DNA of 63,758 nt, the filler included, from Aduncisulcus paluster (lineage: Eukaryota), in the NCBI GenBank assembly GCA_024181965.1. It is 5 parts of 5 records of this genome, joined end to end, with 100 filler letters (N's around TTAATTAATTAA, not from the genome) between each part and the next. Parts side by side here need not be neighbours in the genome. Positions count along the whole stretch, not along the records: positions 48,309 to 62,016 come from BQXS01009972.1; positions 62,117 to 63,758 come from BQXS01010169.1; 3 more parts are not named here. One strand, given 5' to 3'. The first letter of the stretch is position 1; every line of letters starts with the position of its first letter. This document shows positions 56,513 through 63,758 of this stretch, piece after piece. The notes beneath the pieces are model-generated. The model did no database searches. It was not told where the DNA came from and was given only the letters and a program-made list of their open reading frames with translations. A program made the position numbers and the translations under genes.

Positions 56513-57936
56513 TATACAAAAAAATGTGGTTTGTTAGTGAAAATATAATGAAGGGGATCAAAAACGAAACAGTTCATTTTGTGACATGCTTTTCCACAAG
56601 TGGGGTGAAATTGATATTTTCTCTGAACCAAATATGTATATTGAACGAAATGATTTATATTTTTATCATTTTATTGTCCAATAAAACAGTGTTTCGTCCG
56701 ATAATATACTGACTACATCAGACAACCTGAGACACAGAAAAACAGGCATAGCATCAATATCATAAACTTGATAACGATATTTATAAGAAAGAATGAAAAA
56801 AGTACATGAATATTAGATAGTTTTTCGTATAGAAACCCCACATTTCTCAGCCACCGCCGGTGGAAAGTTTGTATTTTTTTTTTTTGTTTGTTTTTTTTTG
56901 GAAAAAAAATATTAAAGAAATGTACAGTGCAACCACCGTACAGGGGGGGACCCCCACGGATGGGGGTAAAAGGGGGGGAGTTTACTCATAGATTAGCAGA
57001 AAATAAAAGAATCAAGTTCATATGGCAGATCAAGTTCTCTTCTTATGATAAAGAATAAGTGCGTTTTTGTTTGAACTGTTCAGAGAGAGAGAAAAGCTTG
57101 GATTCGGCAAAACAAAGAAAATATCACGAATCAAGAATCATCCAAGAATAAGATGATGTGGCACATAGATTGGGAATAGCATTGATGTTATTGATGTGTT
57201 ATTCGAGATTCAAATGAGTTAAGCGAGGCAGGTGTGTCAATTTATCAATTGGTTTCAGAGACAATGGGTGGAAACCAGGAGCAACGAACAGAACCAGAAA
57301 GTTGAGTGTTTTAAAATTGTAGCAGTATTTTAGGGAGTAGTATGGCGACTAACAAACGTTTAAGTTCAGTTTTATGTCAATAAAAAGAACAATAGCGTGT
57401 CAAAAAGTTCGAGAGCCAAAGAGATATCATTGACACAATAACAAACAGTAGAGAGAATAATACCATGAACTTCGAGTTGCAATGAGTTTAAGCTACATTT
57501 TTATCATGATACTCGAGGAATATCGGGGAAAATATTCTTAAGACATTGTACAATGAAGATGTTATGAATGACAGTGTATAAAGAGAGGAATCAAATCAAT
57601 AAAACCATGCCATTTGCTCCACAGAATGTTTTCGGGATGAAATTATACCTTTTATCATGTTTTATCCTCTAATTCTCATTGATAAAAATTTCATCCCAAG
57701 AAAGAGAATAAAACATCATATTTCGATATTTAGAATTGAATATTTCAGTAAAAATCAGCAACAATACATTTTGGTGGGAATCACTTTCAATAGAATTGTA
57801 TATTGTCAGAAAGATCTCAGATCGAAAGAATTTCGTTTCTACGTAGACAGATCGGTCGGAGCGTCTTTATTTTATGTTCAAATAAATTTGTGTATTTATT
57901 TTATAGTAGGGTATCCTGAATATTTTTTATGGGTCA

Positions 57937-57949
57937 TCGGAGACCTATG
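57937..57949. mobile_element. Solo copy of the same TIR (TCGGAGACCTATG)
   Basis: 13/13 match to the outer right TIR at 41992-42004, on a different scaffold. Confidence 0.55.
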
Positions 57950-57959
57950 AATTTACAAT

Positions 57960-59630
57960 TCACTTTGCTTTATTTTTCGATACCTTTAAGGCTCTTTTCT
58001 TAACATTCTTTTTCATTTTCCCTTTTCTTTTTTCACGATTTGCTTCCTTTTGTAATTTTTTAAAGTCTTTCCACTCTTCTTTGCTCATATCTTTCCTACT
58101 GATTGTTATAGCACCTTCCTCTTCCTCCTCTTCCTCTTCTTCCACTTTCTCACTTTCCTCTTTCTTTTCCTCTTCTTCCTCTTCTTTCTCTTCCTCTTCT
58201 TCCTCTTCTCTCTCTTCCTCTTCTTTCTCCTTTCGATCTTCAACTAAATGCACCAAATTCATATAAATGTCCGAAGGGAGTTGGAATATTTTTTCTCCAT
58301 ACTCTGTTAGAGATCGTGGAATATGGGAGTGCAAGAAAAAGTCAACATCTTCCTCTTCAGCTCTTTCGGTGGAATATCTATATACTTTCGATATCAAAAC
58401 ATCATCTTCCTTTCTCTCCTCTCTCTCTTCTTTCTCCTCTCTCTCTTCTTTCTCCTCTCTCTCTTCTTTCTCCTCTTCCTCTTCTTCTTTCTTTTCCTTG
58501 TATAATTTTGATAGCTGCTCGACCCACACTCTCATTGCAGCAGTCCAACGAATCAAAGGATTGGGGTGGAGAAATAACTTCTTGGGAGCTTTTGGAATAC
58601 ATTGGACACCCATGGGAAAAGGGGGGATGGTAGGGAAACCTGGGACAAACTCATACTCTTCTGCACGTTCAGATGCTAAGATAGAACAAGATCGCGATTC
58701 AAGGGTTGCAAGAGATGGAATAATAAGAGATCTGTGTGAGATTGGAGACAAGGAATCTCTTTCTTTCACACCAGAACGTGGTTTCTTCCCCTTTGTTCCT
58801 TTTTTCTCTCTTTTCTCTCCTTTTTCTATTGCGATTTTCTCTTTCTCTTTTTTTTCTTCTTCCTCTTCTTCTTCATCTTCACGTTCAAGTTGAATGGCAG
58901 TAATAAAATCGAATAATCTCTTCCTTTTCATGACACAAACTCCATATTTCATAAAGAAACTCGTAACGTTGTGAATATCCATTCTTAAGAAAACGTCAGA
59001 CATTGGATGGTCTTTCTCAACACTCTGAGAAACATCGATAATAAAAGGTTTCTTTTTGTAGTAATATATTGTACTCGCTGAGATCTCCATGAACAAGCCT
59101 GCCATGAACGTATAATGTCCTCATTGCGCGCACTAGTTCCCAATATAGCTTCACAAGACGAGTATGCGGGAGAAAGGGGGCTGCGTCTTTAAGTTTTGGG
59201 GCAGCAATTCCGTCCTTGCCTATAAATTCCATCACAAGAACATGCTCTTTCTTTGCAATCACGGGGAGTATTGATTGAAAGAGAAGGAGGGAGCTTATAA
59301 AGTCTCATTAAGTTTCTAGATTCTTTTTCACACCATAATTGGACCATTTTCTTGGAATTATGGTTTTTGTATCCTTTTTCAAAACGTTGTTCACCTTCAA
59401 CATAACGTTCACGATCTCGAAACTGCATGATACTCGTCTTATACACTTTCACAGCATATTCACTCACGGTGGAGGAGTCTATTGGCGCTTTTGAAGAGGA
59501 TGATGAGAAGGAGGCTATGTTTTCTTTGTTTTTAGGCATTTTAATGGCTTCAACATCAGCAGAAAGTGGTTTATGCTTGCCATCAGTACTGTGGTACACG
59601 TTAGCCTCTTTGCCAGTACTTACACATGCG
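57960..59630 (-). pseudogene. RIO1: RIO1 atypical kinase with two frameshifts and no N-terminus
   Basis: CVSTGKEANVYH, YAVKVYKTSI..FRDR.RYV.GE.RF, HVLVMEFIG..AP.LKD, LVHGDLSEYNIL, IIDVSQSVE.DHP, and a RIO1-type K-rich C-terminus; frames break near 59260 and 59060. Confidence 0.85.
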
Positions 59631-59999
59631 AAGAGTATGGATCGCGGCAAAAACGGTGATTGGAATCGGGATCATGTTTTCTTTGAATCTATGAATGAAT
59701 AAATGTTAAATTATGCATTAATTTTGTTACTACTTTCTTTTTTATTATTAATTCGTTTTCTCACAATGCTGATCAATCTAGAAAATAATAGAACTAGTTT
59801 TACGATGAGAATACTTCATTTCAAGTCAAAATAATATAATAAATAAATAATTTATAATGATGCATTAATATCGATAATCCAGATTTATTTTTTATTTTAG
59901 GTAGTATTTCGCAACCATCAATTAAAAACGCTTTTTTTGTGTAGTCGTGCAGGAATAAGACAATTTTATGAATACTATTCATATTTGTCGTGTACATTC

Positions 60000-60650
60000 A
60001 ATTATTCTTAGTTATCACGATGAGTGTCTTCTCAACTCTTCACGGAAACACCATTGCCGAATCCCATTGGTATCTTGGAAAGACCACTGATGATATGTCC
60101 AATATCTCCCTTGTTTTCATTTCTATCTTGAGAAACTTTGTTCTTACTGCATGGGTCATTCCTTTATCGTTGTTTGTTACCCTGGAACTGGCCAGATTTT
60201 TCAATAAGTTGTTCAATGAGGCCGACCTACACGTCAATATCGAAGGAATGGGTGCAGCTGGACATATGAACGTTAGAAGCTCCAACTTAATTGAGACTCT
60301 TGGATGTATTGATTATGTCCTCACTGATAAGACTGGAACTCTGACCCAGAACTCAATGGTTTTCAAGGGTCTTGGGCTTCCAGATGGAGGATCTCTTCAC
60401 ACATCTGGGGATATCAATGATCTTATGCTGAGGGGATGGAAGAAACACATCATCGAGTGTGACCCTGCACTATATGCTGAGAAGGGAATGCTGGAAGGAT
60501 ATTGCTTCAATCTCTTCATTGTTCTGGTGGATTGTCGATGCATTGCTATGTGGAATCCTTGTGTTTTACATCCTCTATGGTGCATTTGGAAGCGGTGTGG
60601 TCTCATCCTCTGGTTATTCAGATGGGAAGGAAATGTTCGGTTCCATCCCT
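60000..60650 (+). pseudogene. P4-ATPase (phospholipid flippase) remnant with a large internal deletion
   Basis: IPLSLFVTLE, RSSNLIETLG.IDYVLTDKTGTLTQNSM, followed almost directly by the C-terminal membrane region D..L..PALY / FWWIVDALLCGILVF..G..FG. Confidence 0.8.
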
Positions 60651-61979
60651 GCTCATTCCCTTGGTTCGGGGATGAGCATGACCACTTCTGTTCTTGCCGA
60701 GTATTTTCCTCCGCCCTCATACAATTCTTCTCTCATGTGTGGATTCAGTGGTGTGATTCAACCCCATTGGATTATTCACGACCTTCAAGCATCTGCAGCA
60801 CTCTCCCCAAGTGAAGAGGTTGATGATTCTGCATCATCATTCGCTATAAGCACATATTATAACCCTTGCAACTCTCTCTCATCGGTGCTTCCATTCAATA
60901 TGTTCACCCATGAAGGATTGATTTCTTGTGGTGGAGATCAGATGACTCTCTCTTTCGATGGAATGCGATCCGAGTTCTTGAAGTGGGAAATCAATCTTGA
61001 TTCTTCGGCATATGGTTCAAACTTGATTGCTGGCGCTCTGTGTGATGCCACTTTGACCACTGTGGGATCTGATGGAGCCATAGAAGCTACAATCAGCGAT
61101 CTTCTTGAGGAAGGTTTTATGCTTAGTGACGTTGGAAAGACAATATCTTTCGCCGTTTCAAGTTGCTTTATTGTGTCTATCGAATCCAGTTCGAAAGCTC
61201 AATGTATACTCAGCGAGAGTAATCTTAAAACATCGACTGATTCAACCACAGTCGACACTTGGGAACTCTTTGATGGAGGAAATCTATCTCCAATCGTGGG
61301 GACTAATATTTCAGTTACTCTTGCAGATTCCACCCTAACCATAGAGGGTGTGTTTGAAGGATTGTGTCTCGATCACGGAGAAATATATTTGTTTATTGCA
61401 GGAACAGGTTCTCTGGCCGATTCTACTGGCTTTTCGGGCACAGCGAATATTACATCTTCCTTTATGTTCCTTGTGACCGGTGAGAACTCCGCATACGTGG
61501 GATCTGGGTCACAATTCTACGGTATAAGAGTGGATGGTATCAACGGGTCATACACTGGCTTTAACTTTGGATATTTCGCTCAAAATTCGGCCGATATGTT
61601 AGTTCCTTCATACTTTTCTTTTGTGACATCGAGATCTTTTTCAATGGATGATATTTCTTCGCTACAACTAACTCCAGCATATTCCTTTTCCCATCTCCCC
61701 TGTAACACGTGTGGTGGCTTTCAAGTGGAACAATTACCGTCAATGAGAATAGATAAGGATGATTCTTTCGCCATTAGTATCCAATCTACCCCGATTACCT
61801 CATTATTTCCCTACAATGTCGATATTTCTGCTTATATTTCAAATGGATGGGTTGTCAAGAATCTTATATCCATGGTCGAACCCTATGAAAATAGTGACCT
61901 TCTTGAATGGTATTCTGACGAATTTTACTTCTGGAACAGTCTCAAAAGTGGCAACTTCTACGACAATCGGATATGTTAG
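60651..61979 (+). CDS. Fragment of a Ser-rich beta-strand (surface-protein-like) gene fused in frame to the flippase remnant
   Basis: ~440-codon open frame with no start of its own; composition similar to 34224-37787. Confidence 0.45.
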   Translation, partial: AHSLGSGMSMTTSVLAEYFPPPSYNSSLMCGFSGVIQPHWIIHDLQASAALSPSEEVDDSASSFAISTYYNPCNSLSSVLPFNMFTHEGLISCGGDQMTLSFDGMRSEFLKWEINLDSSAYGSNLIAGALCDATLTTVGSDGAIEATISDLLEEGFMLSDVGKTISFAVSSCFIVSIESSSKAQCILSESNLKTSTDSTTVDTWELFDGGNLSPIVGTNISVTLADSTLTIEGVFEGLCLDHGEIYLFIAGTGSLADSTGFSGTANITSSFMFLVTGENSAYVGSGSQFYGIRVDGINGSYTGFNFGYFAQNSADMLVPSYFSFVTSRSFSMDDISSLQLTPAYSFSHLPCNTCGGFQVEQLPSMRIDKDDSFAISIQSTPITSLFPYNVDISAYISNGWVVKNLISMVEPYENSDLLEWYSDEFYFWNSLKSGNFYDNRIC

Positions 61980-62016
61980 TTCTGTTAATCATTCCTACAT
62001 GATGAACAAGTTCTCC

Positions 62017-62116
62017 NNNNNNNNNNNNNNNNNNNNNNNNNNNNNNNNNNNNNNNNNNNNTTAATTAATTAANNNNNNNNNNNNNNNNNNNNNNNNNNNN
62101 NNNNNNNNNNNNNNNN
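62017..62116. other. Artificial scaffold linker
   Basis: N-TTAATTAATTAA-N. Confidence 0.97.
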
Positions 62117-62452
62117 GGGGTGGGAAAGGCCATTATGGTGGAAAGCGAAGATATGCAGGGCGTGAGGATCGATCTATGACGGATGGGAAGAATGAGAATG
62201 AGGTTGTGCAAAGACGAAGTTCCATACGAAGTGATACAACGCATCATTCCGACCAAGCCTCCATTAGCAGTGCTCATATTGCACCTGGATCTCAACCGAG
62301 TCAGGAGAAACCTGGGGGTGGCTCTGGAAGAAGAGGGAGAGGTGGACAGAGACGTGATGGGAGACGATATGGGGGTCGAGATAGAAGAGGAAGAGGTCAA
62401 TGGGGGAAACGACATTGATGATGATGATTCACTCATTGGTTGTGATTCATAA
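62117..62452 (+). CDS. Probable 3' end of a hypothetical gene
   Basis: Higher-GC open frame with an acidic tail, ending at TAA 62452. Confidence 0.35.
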
Positions 62453-62808
62453 ATAAAGAATATAAAGGTAAACCTATGGGACCCATCGTATGGGTTGTGA
62501 ATGAAATGGATTGTTTGGGACCAAAAATGATATGTCGTCAAAATGGTACGAACATATAATCCTATTCAATAGAACAAGGAGGGGAGGGAGATCAGGATGT
62601 GACGAACTTCATTTTAATATCGTTTATGGATAGCCACATTGAAAGGACTTATCTGATACTGCCTTCCATCACATTGAGGCTAAATGAACTGAAATTTAGT
62701 AAATTTAGTAATCCAATCCCAATACAGAGTGCTGTGAGATCTATATGTCGAAGCTTGACAATTTTTTGTCCATTTAAATGCATTTTGGACAAAACATTTT
62801 TCAATAAT

Positions 62809-63112
62809 TTCTATTTTTAGAATTTCTATTTTTAGAAATGACATGCATATTTTCGCATGTTAATCAACGAAATGATGGATATTCACTTAAATAGCAACAT
62901 ACCGAGAGGGTTTTCTTGATTTTAGCAAAGAATACCAACTCCTTAAGTCCTTGCCATGATTTCAACAGAGTTCGAATTCAAAGTCAAATTTTGACAAATC
63001 CACTAAATATCCTCCAATTCCAACCATGAAACAGCCTGTTTCAATCAATTTGAATCAAATCAGAGCGAATTCTGAAACACCATTTCTATTTTTAGAACAT
63101 CTATTTTTAGAA
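62809..63112. promoter_or_regulatory. Two further tandem pairs of TCTATTTTTAGAA (MEF2-type) motifs at 62809-62837 and 63084-63112
   Basis: Each pair has the same 15-bp period as 30865-30893. Confidence 0.4.
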
Positions 63113-63758
63113 TCCATATTATTTATTTTGAGATCATATGTAAAGTTGAACGGTTTTAATACAACGACAAACCATTTCAATTTAAAAGAGGGAGAACTCG
63201 TCTCAGTCCTTGTCATGATTGGGTCAGAATCACCATCTGGGAAGAATATCTGAGAAGAAAGAGCTTTTAGAAAAGAATAAAGGGATATATATAAAAGAAA
63301 AACAATTGATTATTTATCAGGACTAATTTAAGAAAATGAAACGTCTGGTTTTAAAACTCTCACGATGCGATCAAAAGATCAAGAGGCACATAAAGAATTT
63401 GATCGTCAAATGTTAGAGCATGTACCATACGGCACTTTACCATAATTAGTCTAATAGTAAACAAGGAATATTGTTGAGAGCAAATGTGGCAGGGAATTAC
63501 ATGAAAAGAAAAGAGAGAAACCAAAGTGTGTGTTTTAACCTTATTTTACATACAACCAGAAATGCGAGGAATTTTGAGGTTAATTTCAAACGAATAAGAA
63601 GTATAGAATAACTAGTTAGTAATAACTGAAAGGCAGATCATTGAAATGTAAAATTCCTCATCGTAACAACTGAAAAATGTGGAAAAATTGACGTGGCTTT
63701 TGAGAAGGAAAAGCCTTTACATTGTTTGTATATATTATATATAAGAAAATATAATAAT

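Noticed and set aside
58100-58500. Regular CT-rich repeats, possibly an array
   Set aside because: They encode the E/K/R low-complexity tail of RIO1 and have no unique spacers, so not CRISPR-like
19805-62072. Four TTAATTAATTAA palindromes inside N runs
   Set aside because: Artificial six-frame-stop linkers; neighbourhoods across them are meaningless
1-63758. TAA/TAG-to-Gln reassignment as in hexamitid diplomonads
   Set aside because: Conserved genes read through without internal TAR codons, and several end at TAA or TAG (Gar1, Nep1, ERH)

Overview
Eukaryotic, AT-rich, gene-dense and nearly intron-free protist DNA read with the standard genetic code. Gene style suggests a free-living metamonad such as a Carpediemonas-like fornicate, but that is inference only. 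The window is five unrelated scaffolds joined by N-TTAATTAATTAA-N linkers (~19.8, 30.3, 48.25 and 62.06 kb). Most of the 20-N gaps inside the scaffolds have duplicated flanks. Housekeeping genes: a myristoylated EF-hand/CAMK-group kinase that the ORF track misses, two Cdc7-like kinases, CCA-adding enzyme, an LRR protein, FAM184-like, Rad1-like, Nep1/Emg1, an intron-containing Gar1 also missed by the track, ERH, ICMT, TRAPPC2, Xaa-Pro aminopeptidase and a broken RIO1. The most unusual stretch is 48.3-52.9 kb, a tightly packed array of short catalytic-core fragments from at least four transposon classes, all on the + strand, resembling a unistrand piRNA-cluster-type locus. Also notable: a TIR-bounded P-element-like relic with a cargo ORF, a gene-fragment mosaic, and 15-bp-spaced pairs of MEF2-type sites. 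No CRISPR array, tRNA or rRNA was recognised.
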